DNA from: a virus
Strand: one strand, 5' to 3'
IMG/VR virus record: IMGVR_UViG_3300033485_000001
Location: 32,001 to 96,000 of that record
Length of the DNA stretch: 64,000 bases
A program made the translations under genes and the position numbers. The notes below the pieces were generated by a model. It had not been told where the DNA came from. It saw only the letters and a list, made by a program, of their open reading frames with translations, and ran no database searches. Positions within the stretch are counted from its first letter, which is position 1, and the number at the start of each line of letters is the position of its first letter. Shown here piece by piece: positions 40,659 to 50,317 of the stretch.

Positions 40659-41546
40659 ATGGGAACGTTCCTTTGCGACGTCTTGACCGCGTACTCGAGC
40701 CAGGCGACCTTGATGGGATACCCGGAGCACTGCTCCGCCGATCCCGAGAAGCTCGCCGCCATCGGAAGGTCCCTCGGCCATCAGGTCAGGGTGGTTCGCC
40801 CCTCGAACGGGAACAAGGCACTCTACACGGTGAGCGAGCTGCGTCAGGAGAGCCCGGACCGCAGGCTCCGGATGTGCCTCGACGGGCGGAAGCGGCTCAG
40901 CGCGGACGGTTCCACCTTCTCCAGCGGGACCTGCGACTCGGCCTGCACGCGATCCGACCTGACCGATGCTGAGGCAGAGGCCCAGGGCGAACTCGTGGAG
41001 CGGCTCGACGAGAGCGGGATCGGGTCCGCGCTCGTTGCCCTGGCCCCGCACGGCGGTGCGATCGAGAGCTACACCGACGAGCAGGCCGAGCGCGTCCTGT
41101 CCCAGCTCGTCGCGGCAGGCAAGGCAGCGGCGTGCTGGCGCTGCAAGGGCTGGCGCGTTGGTGGTGGCTCCTACGATGCGTGGCACATCACCTCGACCGA
41201 GATCCACCCTGCGTCCTTCCCGCTCCTCGACTCGATCAAGGACAGCGGGTACGCCTACTCTGTCGCGTTCCACGGCTACGGCGAGGACAGCGTGGCGGTC
41301 GGTGGCGCGGCCCCGCTCGCGCTCAAGACCGAGATCGCTGATGCGATTCAGGCTGTGCTTGGTGGTGAGCACCTCGTCGAGGTCGTGACGAGCGGCCCCT
41401 ACGCGGGGATGGATCCGAAGAACCTGTGCAACTGGCTCGTCGCGACCGGCGCCGGGATCCAGATCGAGCAGCCGCTGGACGTGCGGTCCGCCCACTGGCA
41501 GGCGATCGCCGACGCGGTGGCGGCGGTGTTCGCGGCGAAGCTGTAG
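40659..41546 (+). CDS. Poly-gamma-glutamate hydrolase family protein (PghP-like)
   Basis: LAPHGGAIE, HITST, VAFHGY, YAGMDPKNLCN, GIQIEQ; AAGGAG SD. Confidence 0.85.
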   Translation: MGTFLCDVLTAYSSQATLMGYPEHCSADPEKLAAIGRSLGHQVRVVRPSNGNKALYTVSELRQESPDRRLRMCLDGRKRLSADGSTFSSGTCDSACTRSDLTDAEAEAQGELVERLDESGIGSALVALAPHGGAIESYTDEQAERVLSQLVAAGKAAACWRCKGWRVGGGSYDAWHITSTEIHPASFPLLDSIKDSGYAYSVAFHGYGEDSVAVGGAAPLALKTEIADAIQAVLGGEHLVEVVTSGPYAGMDPKNLCNWLVATGAGIQIEQPLDVRSAHWQAIADAVAAVFAAKL

Positions 41547-41577
41547 CACAACCTGGGTTGGGGGCGTGGAGAGCTCC

Positions 41578-41826
41578 ATGGACATCGAGCAGATCGTGGA
41601 AGAGTTGCGCGACATGAAGGCCACGCTCCACACGGCGGTGGAGAAGCTGGACACGCTGATCTTCAACTTCAACATGATCCACCAAGCTCAGGTGGATCAG
41701 GGCGTGGATCTCCGCGCGGTCCAGGCCCAGTGCGCACAGCGCAGTCTGCGCTGCCCCGTGTTGAAGTCATACCCGCCCCCAACCCCTACGCCTACTCCTG
41801 CAACTGGTAACGGAGGTGTGCCATGA
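41578..41826 (+). CDS. Small coiled-coil protein
   Basis: Heptads, C..R...C, Pro/Thr tail. Confidence 0.65.
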   Translation: MDIEQIVEELRDMKATLHTAVEKLDTLIFNFNMIHQAQVDQGVDLRAVQAQCAQRSLRCPVLKSYPPPTPTPTPATGNGGVP

Positions 41827-42608
41827 CGCCTCCTCCCGGAAAGGGTTTGGACAACCCGTTCGAGACACCACTCCCTGACAGGGAGATGTACCCCGACGAC
41901 GAGGTGTCTCAGGTCAAGAGTCCCGACGATGCGTGGAAGAAGCTGGAGAAGCTGGATCGTGTCCTGAACCGCATGGTCGTTCCGATCCAGCAGATACCGG
42001 AGATTGCGGAGAAGGTGAGCGACATCGGAGAGCGCGTCACCCGAGTAGAGGAGCGCGTTGCCACCACGAAGGATCGTGTTGACGGTCTCGATCAGCAGTC
42101 ACGACGTCCGCACGATTGCTTCCAGGTCGACAACATCGAACGTGTCGAGGTGGCTGCGCTCTCGCTCCGCAAGGACGTGGAGGATGACACGAGGAAGCTG
42201 GGCCTCATCGCAGCCGACGTGGACCACATCAAGACCAACGTGAAGGCGGCGAAGGAGGTGAAGCGATCCAACCACTACTACTGGATCGGGATCGCTGCCA
42301 GCTTCCTCCTCGCTGGAGCTGGTGCAGTCTGGTACATGCGCGGCGTCAGTGCCGAGATCCAGATGGAGGCGTTGGCCCGAGACGCCCAGTTCAAACAGGT
42401 CGAGGTCGTGCTGACCAAGGTGTCACGGCAGACCGATCCCGCTCCGGTCAAGGAGCAGCTCGAACAGCTCCAGACTGCTGTAGAAGAGAACGGCGAAGCC
42501 GAACTCGAGGAGTGGTGCTCGAAGTTGCCTGAGTCCGACATGGAGAGGCTGAAGTCCTCTTTGCCGAGGAGCTCCTGGCCGAAGTGCAGTAGACTTGGGG
42601 GACCATGA
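41823..42608 (+). CDS. Coiled-coil membrane protein (possibly lysis-related)
   Basis: GGAGGTG SD; long heptad region, TM YWIGIAASFLLAGAGAVWY, distal Cys pair. Confidence 0.65.
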   Translation: MTPPPGKGLDNPFETPLPDREMYPDDEVSQVKSPDDAWKKLEKLDRVLNRMVVPIQQIPEIAEKVSDIGERVTRVEERVATTKDRVDGLDQQSRRPHDCFQVDNIERVEVAALSLRKDVEDDTRKLGLIAADVDHIKTNVKAAKEVKRSNHYYWIGIAASFLLAGAGAVWYMRGVSAEIQMEALARDAQFKQVEVVLTKVSRQTDPAPVKEQLEQLQTAVEENGEAELEEWCSKLPESDMERLKSSLPRSSWPKCSRLGGP

Positions 42609-43138
42609 CCATTCCGGCAGCAGTTGGTGATCCAGTTCTTCTCGTCGAGGCGATGCCTGACGGCAACACCGGGGTCTACCCGCAGGCGGAGATCTACGAC
42701 GTCGGCGGGATCGTCCCTCTGGCTGTCGTGGACCTCGATCATCAGGTGAAGGGTAGATACGAGGGAAGCTGGACGCCAACATCGGTAGGCTCCTACTCGG
42801 CGCTCTTCATCGTCTACGCCGACGCGGCTCACACGGTGGAGAGCATCGTCTACACAAGAGAGGCGGAGCAGATCTTCGTCTCCGCGTCCGACGTGGACGA
42901 CCTGGCCGCCATGTTGATCCGGGTCTTGGGCCTCGTCCACGAGAACGTGTTCATCGACAACACCACCTACGATCCGAACTGCATGCTCCTCACGGCGCGG
43001 CTCAGGCTCTTCGCGACCAAGGCGGAAGCCCAGGCCGCAACCGATGGTGGAAGCGAGCCTGCGCTTCAGACCTACACGATCGACGCTTCCTACGAGGGAC
43101 CTGGTAGAATGAAGCAGTACAGGATGGTGAAGGACTGA
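42605..43138 (+). CDS. Putative virion structural protein
   Basis: ATGA coupling; beta-rich; in the tail operon. Confidence 0.65.
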   Translation: MTIPAAVGDPVLLVEAMPDGNTGVYPQAEIYDVGGIVPLAVVDLDHQVKGRYEGSWTPTSVGSYSALFIVYADAAHTVESIVYTREAEQIFVSASDVDDLAAMLIRVLGLVHENVFIDNTTYDPNCMLLTARLRLFATKAEAQAATDGGSEPALQTYTIDASYEGPGRMKQYRMVKD

Positions 43139-43440
43139 TGCCGACATGCGGGATGGCGATCGTAACACGGGGGATGATCTATCCGCCTTCGGAGATCTAC
43201 CCCGTCGTCTGCGACAAGCCAACCGTGCATGCCGTTGTCGAGGTGCGTCCACAGATCCGGGTCACCGTTCCTCCTGTTGCGGAAGGTCCTGCTGGCGTAC
43301 CATTGGTGCTGGCCGCCTCTGATCTCAGACCAGAGGTTGTCAAGACGAGGGGTCCAGACCTCGGCACTACCCAGGACAAGCCGACGGTGGTGTCCTCCGA
43401 TGACCTGAAGCCGCAGATCGTGGACACCGAGGAGGAGTGA
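43138..43440 (+). CDS. Hypothetical protein with short internal repeats
   Basis: KP.V...(S)DL.P.(V/I)V motif recurs. Confidence 0.6.
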   Translation: MPTCGMAIVTRGMIYPPSEIYPVVCDKPTVHAVVEVRPQIRVTVPPVAEGPAGVPLVLAASDLRPEVVKTRGPDLGTTQDKPTVVSSDDLKPQIVDTEEE

Positions 43441-43441
43441 C

Positions 43442-44380
43442 GTGGCCGTCATCAAGCTGAAGATCTACGTTGCCAACCTCTCGAACGTCATCGGCCTGTT
43501 TGACAAGATGCAGGTCTGGCGTTCAGAGACTGGTATCCTTGGGACCTACTTTGAGATCACCGGACCTACCGCTCAGGCTGCTACGCTGCTCGGGTCTGTC
43601 GCCGGTCCGTTCACGCTGAACAGCAAGACGATCAAGCTGAAGGTGAATCAGGGATCCGAGCAGACGCTCACCATCGTCAGCGCAGACCCAATCGGCATCG
43701 ATGATCTGGTGGACTTCATCAACGGCATCCCGAGCACGGGGCTCGTGGCGTCGGAGGACGGGGGCAAGCTGCGGCTGTCGACGGTGGCGACGGGGACGGT
43801 ATCGGTAATCGAGATCACGGGTGGTACGGCGCTGACCGACCTCGGCTTCACTGCGGGGCAGATCGACAACGGCGAGGATCCAAGGATCACGCTGTCGCCG
43901 CTGTCCACGTCCTACGAGTACGACGATCAAAGCGGGGATCCGGACAACTACTACAAGGTCCGCTACTACAACAGCGGAACAGGGACCTTCTCCAGCTTCG
44001 GTGATCCCGTCAAGGGAGACATCGGGTCCATCGTGGCCCCAACCGACCTGGTCAAGGCATATGCCACGTTCGCCAAGCTCGACGGCAAGCCGGTCTCTGG
44101 TACCGCCGTGATCTTCTACAACGTCTTCATGCCACCGCTCCAGGTGGGTGACATCGGCATCATCGGACGAGAGATCCGAGTCGAGACTGATCAGGCGGGT
44201 TACCTGGAGACGATGCTGGTCAAGGGTTCGCTGGTGGACGTGATCATCTCTGGGACAGGGATCATCCGCCGCATCACGGTCCCGACCGCCGACTTCAACA
44301 TCATGTCGGCGGTGGCTGCGGCGGACGACAACTTCCAGATCCAGATCCCGGACATCCCGGCGGCGGTGAGAAGATCATGA
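43442..44380 (+). CDS. Virion structural protein with sheath-like inserted domain
   Basis: GPFTLNSKTIKLKVN...DDLVDFIN...GGKLRLST...IEITGGTALTDLGF. Confidence 0.65.
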   Translation: MAVIKLKIYVANLSNVIGLFDKMQVWRSETGILGTYFEITGPTAQAATLLGSVAGPFTLNSKTIKLKVNQGSEQTLTIVSADPIGIDDLVDFINGIPSTGLVASEDGGKLRLSTVATGTVSVIEITGGTALTDLGFTAGQIDNGEDPRITLSPLSTSYEYDDQSGDPDNYYKVRYYNSGTGTFSSFGDPVKGDIGSIVAPTDLVKAYATFAKLDGKPVSGTAVIFYNVFMPPLQVGDIGIIGREIRVETDQAGYLETMLVKGSLVDVIISGTGIIRRITVPTADFNIMSAVAAADDNFQIQIPDIPAAVRRS

Positions 44381-44577
44381 GGAACTACGACAAAAAACCA
44401 AACCGCTGCGCGTGTCGGGATTGGGCCTATACACATCAGCACGTGTACGTGTCTGGTTTGCACCACCCTTCGTGCCCCATGGGGCACAACATCATGAGAT
44501 GTGAGTGTCAGCTCTGCAAGGAGCTGCGAGGGGAGGGGCGACGTGGAACAGCTGTGCTGGCCGGGCGGAGGGTGTGA
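44377..44577 (+). CDS. Small Cys/His-rich protein
   Basis: CACRD...HHPSC...CECQLC; coupled to both neighbours. Confidence 0.45.
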   Translation: MRNYDKKPNRCACRDWAYTHQHVYVSGLHHPSCPMGHNIMRCECQLCKELRGEGRRGTAVLAGRRV

Positions 44578-44894
44578 TGCCAGCTCTGACGGGAATCCCG
44601 ATCGCAGCCCTGTTTGCCATGGCGCGGCAGATCTCTCGGCGGGAGAAGATCGACGAGTACCGGCACGCCACCTCGGAGACAGAGAATCGTCGGAACGTAG
44701 AGCACGAGGAGCGTGCGCGAGAGGTGGGTCTCGAAAGGATGCGTTCGATCTCCAGCGCGCAACTGATGTCCCAGATCACGGGGGACGGCCTTCCTCCAGG
44801 AATTGTCGTACCTCGAGGGGCTGGAGTCCCAAAGCCATTCGTGACACCATTCGTTCCACAGCTCGTGGCATCTCCAGGGGCATGGCGGAAGTGA
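44577..44894 (+). CDS. Hypothetical protein
   Basis: GGAGGG SD; TGATG coupling. Confidence 0.55.
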   Translation: MPALTGIPIAALFAMARQISRREKIDEYRHATSETENRRNVEHEERAREVGLERMRSISSAQLMSQITGDGLPPGIVVPRGAGVPKPFVTPFVPQLVASPGAWRK

Positions 44895-44895
44895 A

Positions 44896-45849
44896 ATGGC
44901 AGCACCAGAGACAGTTCGTGTCTATGCGAAGGACGAGAACGACGATCCGCTCGTTGGCGTGCTCGTCAGGTTCTTCGATGACGCCGAGGTCTTCGTCACG
45001 CAGCAGCTCACTGCCCTCGTAGGCGCAGAAGCCTATGCCGAGGTCACGCTCGACGGGGACACGGTTCCCATCGACTACACGATCCGGTTGCAGAAGACGG
45101 GGGTCTCGTTCGACGGAACGCTCGGGGACGACAGCAAGACGCCGCAGTCGATCAGCGTCTACTCTCCGGCCTCACTGTCGCCCACCGGAACGAACAACTT
45201 CGAGGTGCAGGGGCAGACCTACACGCGGCCAGCAGCGTCCGACCCACGCCTGTGCAGGTGCTCCGGCTACTTCGTGGACTACAGGGGGCAGCCGCTCAAG
45301 AACCTCGAGATGCACTTCATCGCGCCGTGCTTCAACACGAACCAGCCTCCGTGGAACCCGCTGATTGTGGACGAGAAGGCTGTTCTCAGCACGAAGATCT
45401 ACGCCAAGACGGACTCGCGCGGGTACATGGAGATCGACCTGTTCAGGACTGGTCTGTACCAGGTCATGGTCAGGGGCATCGAGACATCGAACAGGCTCGT
45501 GACGGTTCCCGACGCGCCGTCCGTGAACCTGGTGGATCTCCTCTTCCCGGTGGTGGGTGAGGTGACCTTCAGCTCCAATCCGGTTGCCGTCCCGCTCAAC
45601 GACTACGTCGATCTCGATGTTACCGTGGTGGCGACGGACGGTCAGGTACTGGTGCTCTCCAACAACGACGTCATCTTCGAGAGCCAGAATCTCGGAGTTG
45701 CCATCGTTCAGATCGTGGAAAATAAGCTCAGGGTCATGGGATCCGGTGTTGGTTCCACGACCATCACAGCTCGGAGAGCGGACACGAGTACGGTCACCAT
45801 CCCAACAGAGCCAGTGATCTACACGCCACTCTCCGTAACGGTGTCGTGA
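44896..45849 (+). CDS. Virion structural protein with C-terminal Ig-like domain
   Basis: VTFSSNPVAVP...VIFESQNLGVAIV...GSGVGSTTITA resembles Big_2. Confidence 0.65.
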   Translation: MAAPETVRVYAKDENDDPLVGVLVRFFDDAEVFVTQQLTALVGAEAYAEVTLDGDTVPIDYTIRLQKTGVSFDGTLGDDSKTPQSISVYSPASLSPTGTNNFEVQGQTYTRPAASDPRLCRCSGYFVDYRGQPLKNLEMHFIAPCFNTNQPPWNPLIVDEKAVLSTKIYAKTDSRGYMEIDLFRTGLYQVMVRGIETSNRLVTVPDAPSVNLVDLLFPVVGEVTFSSNPVAVPLNDYVDLDVTVVATDGQVLVLSNNDVIFESQNLGVAIVQIVENKLRVMGSGVGSTTITARRADTSTVTIPTEPVIYTPLSVTVS

Positions 45850-46232
45850 TCTTGGATCGTAACGAGGAGTATCTGAGGAGGCTCGCCGAGCACGAGGCGT
45901 TCAAGAGCCTCTGTCGCAGCCTCATCGTTCGAGCCCTCCGAGACTATGTCACCTACAAGACTGCCAGAAAGCCTGGAGAGCGCAGGCTGTACGCCGAAGC
46001 AACCGAGTGGATCTTCGACGGCCACAGCGTCGATGTTCCGGCGAGCACTGATCCGATCCACCTGGGCAGTCGCGGGGACATCCAGATGGAGCTCCTTGAG
46101 CTCGACCGACTCATGAGCTTCGATTCCATTTGTGCTATCCTCGGGTGGGATGCGGACATGGTGCGAAGACGAGCGAAGGTGCTTACCCAAGCAGATCTTG
46201 ATCGCATCGGGCCGAATCTCATGGATCTGTGA
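45846..46232 (+). CDS. Hypothetical helical protein, possible DNA binder
   Basis: LIVRALRDY...EATEWIF...MSFDSICAILGWDADMVRRR. Confidence 0.7.
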   Translation: MILDRNEEYLRRLAEHEAFKSLCRSLIVRALRDYVTYKTARKPGERRLYAEATEWIFDGHSVDVPASTDPIHLGSRGDIQMELLELDRLMSFDSICAILGWDADMVRRRAKVLTQADLDRIGPNLMDL

Positions 46233-49200
46233 GCGTGGGCTACTCGAGTGATGAGAGAGACGCAGCGGTCTCGAGGTTGGTTCAGGGTACCCTGTCCTTC
46301 CCGGTGGATCGGCTCGGCGTCAGGAATCAGGCCACCCCCTTCGAGGAGGTGAGGGAGCTGGCGAACTCCGCCCTCCTCTACGATCCAGACGCCGTCTTCT
46401 TCATCATCTACCAGGCGGCCAAGGCGCTAGGAAACACGGTGAGAGCGGAGGTGCAGCTCTGCGACGACCTCCTCGACGCTGTGGACGATCTGGCAATGCC
46501 GGACAAGCCTATCGAGGACGTGTCCTCGCTCTCCGACGCGGCCACGTCCCTGACCATCATGCAGGGGGCGCTGGCGCGCAGGGGTGTGGTCGGGGCCTCG
46601 GAGTACAACAGGTACAACGCGGCGATCAGTCGTGCCACGAAAGAGATCGGTAGGACGGCACGGATGACCTACGTCCCACGAGGCGGCACTCAGGTCATCA
46701 AGGACGTGGTCCGCAGCAGCTCGGAGGCGAAGGTCGAGGTGCTGTCCCTCTTCAAGAGCCTGAAGACCGAGCACGATGAGCTGCTTGCACGCATCGGGTA
46801 CATCCTCGCGTCCTACGACCAGTTCGTCGCTGCCAACCTCTCGGGCATCGTTGGCCAGCGTCAGCTTTCTCGGGCTGCGTCCGAGATGAAGGCGCTGCAC
46901 GGAGATCTGGATCCCAAGACCCCGATGGAGCGGACGGCTACAGCGCGGGCTTCGCTGCTCCAGGTCCTCGCCAACAAGAGCGTGGTCAAGTCGCTGAAGA
47001 CCAGGGTTCTGCCGGGAGACGCTCGAGTGGAGCAGGAGTCGGGTGCCACACCGCAGTACCGCATCTCCCCGGCTGGGACGGGGACGCCGGCGGATGTTGA
47101 AGGCACCATCAGCGCACCATGGGCGATCCAGGCTGGCCACAGCGACCGTCTCCGGGGAAACTACAACGGGACCGTCGTGGACGTGGACCTGGTGGATGGG
47201 TCCGACTCGGGAATCTCTGGGATTCAGCAGGCTCATGTAGACGGCTTCGAGATCGGAGACTTTGCTGTCCACGCCGACATCCCCACACCCTACGATCTCG
47301 TTTCGGATGTGGAGCCATTCACAATCCCACCGAACCCTTACACGCCGGGATTTGGCTTGTTCCAGATCGAGATGGATGGGGACATCTACGAGTGCCAGAT
47401 CGTGGTGGGTGGGGGATCCCGTACCGCAGCAGAGGTGTGCGCGGACCTGTCCAACCCGGCGAGGTGGTTTGCTCCGCTGGGGAAACCACCACTGAACTTC
47501 ACGGCCACGAACCTGATTACCATCGCATACGTGAATGGATCACCGCCATCTTCGTACCCAGAGCGGTACATGCGCGTGGTGAAAGGGTACTTGGCGATTA
47601 CAGATCTGTGGGACTGGTACGTGGACGTCCCTGGCGTCGGGCTCGTGGCTGGAGAGAAATCGTTTGGTTGGAACGCCAACAACGAGTTGTGGATCCATCC
47701 GAACGACTACGACGACTTCGTCTCGAGTCCCATCGTCGCGACGCTTCCAGACGGGGACTTCCCGGACTTCTTGATCACACCAGCGCAGGTGAAGGCTGCC
47801 ATCGACGCGGCAGCAACGGCCTCCTCAGAGGAGTTCGAGGGAGTCACCATCACCGACGCCGCTGGAACTCGGATTGGTGTGGCCTCGACCTGGAGCAGGA
47901 ACGTGAACGGCTCCGTCGTGGACGGCGGCGAGGGCTCCGCCATCACCATCAGGAGCGATGGGCTGAGAACGAGCGGCAGCAGAACAGGTCTCGGCACGCC
48001 CAGCTTCCTCGGCATGAGGACCTTGGGGTTTTCGGACGGGCAGGAGTCCGTCGAGGGTGACATCAGCGGCCAGACCGTTGTGAAGACCCTGAACCAGAAC
48101 GCGGGTTTCGGGGCACAGGCAAAAGCATCTCTGATCAAGCGTTCCTACTTCGAGAGTACGGAGGGCATCTGGAGTGCGGGTGGCACGCTTCTGAAGCTCC
48201 AGGACGCTGATCCAACAGTAGATTGGCCACCTGCATCACAGCTGAAGGTGACCATCAAGGCAGGAGGCAACCGAGGCGTCTACGGCGTCACCGGCTACGG
48301 GTGGACGAACCTCGGAGGTTTCGACTACCTGTACCTCAGCTTGGACCGAAGGATGCGGTCTGAGGAGCCAACGACGTATCAGCACTTCGAGGTCTACTCG
48401 GAGTTCATCAGGCTCGAGTCGTTGGTGGACACGACGGTCAGCAGGATCACTCTCAGCGACCCGACCACCATCCCAGCGACCACGGTGAGGAAGGTGTTGG
48501 GGCTGTCCTCCGCTCCCCACTACGGGTCCGTCGCGAAGATGCTCGTAGAGTGGAACGAGCCGGGCATCGGATGGAAGCCCTACGATGCCCGCTCCAGGAA
48601 GATCAAGATTGGGGACAAGGTGGTCAAGAGCGACGGCTCCGTCTACGCGACGGTCTCGTCCGTATCCGAGTTGGAGAGCGGGCTCGTCGGTGTGGATCCG
48701 GAAGTGATCAACTGGATCTCGCTCGGTGCGTTCTCGATCGAGTCGGCGGACTACCTTGCGTACAAGACCTTCATCGAGGCTCTCCAGGTCTGGTGGCGTG
48801 CGTTCGCCTACCAGGAAGACCTCGACTCCCTGGACCGTGTGATCAATACGATTCTGCGCAGCCATCCAAACAAGGACCGCGTGGATTCGGTCTACAACGC
48901 CGTCTCGGACCTTCGAGATGAGCTCACCGGAACAGGTTCGCTGGAGGAACTGATCCAGGCGTTCTCAGTCCGGACGGTCCAGTCGGCAAGTACGGCGGCG
49001 AGAGCACTCGAGGATCGAGGGCTGGATAGGGCTCGGGAGCTGCTGCTTCAGGGTCGCTTCGAGGAGTTCTTCGCGACGACATCGAGGACAGCGAGTCATG
49101 GAGGGGCGTTCCTCGACGCGGCTGCGAAGGCTGTGGTGCAGGACCTGAACGAGGCCAACCCAGCGAAGGCGCGCTTCAGCGCCGTGTACCGTCGGCAGGT

Positions 49201-49324
49201 CGGGGACTGGAGAGAGGATGTGGATCCGACGTCCGACTTCACTGGTACCGAGGAGGAGCTTCCCGACGAGGAGCTCGAGGAGTACTGGCCTGGCATAGAC
49301 GAGGACGTGCAGGGTGAGCACTGA
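46229..49324 (+). CDS. Large baseplate/tail structural protein
   Basis: 1031 aa; helical ends flank beta-rich inserted modules; in the baseplate operon. Confidence 0.65.
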   Translation: MSVGYSSDERDAAVSRLVQGTLSFPVDRLGVRNQATPFEEVRELANSALLYDPDAVFFIIYQAAKALGNTVRAEVQLCDDLLDAVDDLAMPDKPIEDVSSLSDAATSLTIMQGALARRGVVGASEYNRYNAAISRATKEIGRTARMTYVPRGGTQVIKDVVRSSSEAKVEVLSLFKSLKTEHDELLARIGYILASYDQFVAANLSGIVGQRQLSRAASEMKALHGDLDPKTPMERTATARASLLQVLANKSVVKSLKTRVLPGDARVEQESGATPQYRISPAGTGTPADVEGTISAPWAIQAGHSDRLRGNYNGTVVDVDLVDGSDSGISGIQQAHVDGFEIGDFAVHADIPTPYDLVSDVEPFTIPPNPYTPGFGLFQIEMDGDIYECQIVVGGGSRTAAEVCADLSNPARWFAPLGKPPLNFTATNLITIAYVNGSPPSSYPERYMRVVKGYLAITDLWDWYVDVPGVGLVAGEKSFGWNANNELWIHPNDYDDFVSSPIVATLPDGDFPDFLITPAQVKAAIDAAATASSEEFEGVTITDAAGTRIGVASTWSRNVNGSVVDGGEGSAITIRSDGLRTSGSRTGLGTPSFLGMRTLGFSDGQESVEGDISGQTVVKTLNQNAGFGAQAKASLIKRSYFESTEGIWSAGGTLLKLQDADPTVDWPPASQLKVTIKAGGNRGVYGVTGYGWTNLGGFDYLYLSLDRRMRSEEPTTYQHFEVYSEFIRLESLVDTTVSRITLSDPTTIPATTVRKVLGLSSAPHYGSVAKMLVEWNEPGIGWKPYDARSRKIKIGDKVVKSDGSVYATVSSVSELESGLVGVDPEVINWISLGAFSIESADYLAYKTFIEALQVWWRAFAYQEDLDSLDRVINTILRSHPNKDRVDSVYNAVSDLRDELTGTGSLEELIQAFSVRTVQSASTAARALEDRGLDRARELLLQGRFEEFFATTSRTASHGGAFLDAAAKAVVQDLNEANPAKARFSAVYRRQVGDWREDVDPTSDFTGTEEELPDEELEEYWPGIDEDVQGEH

Positions 49325-49670
49325 GCAGGAACAGCGGGATCAAACCGCAGTAGACGAGATCCGGAAGGCCCTCGCGGACGGGTTCGCCCACGTGCGCGGA
49401 GCGGAGGTTCGCGATGGCATCGCTGCGCTCACGTTCGACGAGATGCTTGCGCGTTCCATCCAGGAGATCGACACTGATGAGACGGACATCCGGGTGTCGA
49501 AGCTCTCCGCCGTACGGGCGGTGAGGCAGGGTGTGAGGGACGCCGTGGCGCAGGCTGCTCGGATGCCTCCGGAGATGTTCGTGCTGAACAACACGAGCGA
49601 GGCAACGAACACGAACGAGGACGGATCCGAACCGGAGCCCACGGACGAGGAGGGCACTACCAGTGGTTGA
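49314..49670 (+). CDS. Hypothetical protein
   Basis: 118 aa, overlaps both neighbours. Confidence 0.65.
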   Translation: MSTEQEQRDQTAVDEIRKALADGFAHVRGAEVRDGIAALTFDEMLARSIQEIDTDETDIRVSKLSAVRAVRQGVRDAVAQAARMPPEMFVLNNTSEATNTNEDGSEPEPTDEEGTTSG

Positions 49671-50316
49671 TCTTCAGGTCATCGAGATGCGGGACATCCT
49701 GAAAGTGACCGGAGTCACCTTCGTCCCGGACTTCACCCCTCCGACACTCCTCGTGAAGGGCCAGGACTTCAACAACGCCTTCGAGGTCTACATCAACGAG
49801 TCCAAGTCGCCCAGCGTCGTCATCTCGAACAGCCAGCAACTGCTGGCCCAGGTTCCTGAGTCGGAGACGGACGCTCCTATCAGGTCCATCGTGGTCGTCA
49901 GCTCGAGGCTCATGAAGATCGAGCGCAGCAAGGTCATGTTCCGACTGGGGGACAGCCCGAAGTCGGTGGACGGGTTCGAGCGGCTCATCCAGACCTTTCT
50001 GAAGATCATGCTCCAGTCCACGAACACGGACATCTTCTCTCCGAAGCTCGGCGGCAACCTCCTCAGCGCAGTAGGTAAGCTGATCAGCAACCCGTCCAGC
50101 CAGACGCTCACTACGGACTTCACCCTGGCCGTTACACGAGCCAGGCAGCAAATCATGGCTCTCCAGGTAGGAGATCCGACTCTCAACCTCAACGAACGGC
50201 TCGCCTTCGCGAAGGTGCTCGAGGTGAAGTTCGTGCCGAGCGAGCTCGCGCTACTCGGTAGGGTCCATCTCGGCAACCAGGCGGGACGTCAATCCGCTGT
50301 CGGCTTGGGGCTGTAA
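49663..50316 (+). CDS. Baseplate wedge gp25-like protein with N-terminal IPT/TIG-like domain
   Basis: TLLVKGQDF...VYIN...SNSQQLLAQVP; LIQTFLKIMLQ...PKLGGNL...ERL; directly precedes the J-like gene. Confidence 0.65.
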   Translation: MVDLQVIEMRDILKVTGVTFVPDFTPPTLLVKGQDFNNAFEVYINESKSPSVVISNSQQLLAQVPESETDAPIRSIVVVSSRLMKIERSKVMFRLGDSPKSVDGFERLIQTFLKIMLQSTNTDIFSPKLGGNLLSAVGKLISNPSSQTLTTDFTLAVTRARQQIMALQVGDPTLNLNERLAFAKVLEVKFVPSELALLGRVHLGNQAGRQSAVGLGL

Positions 50317-50317
50317 C

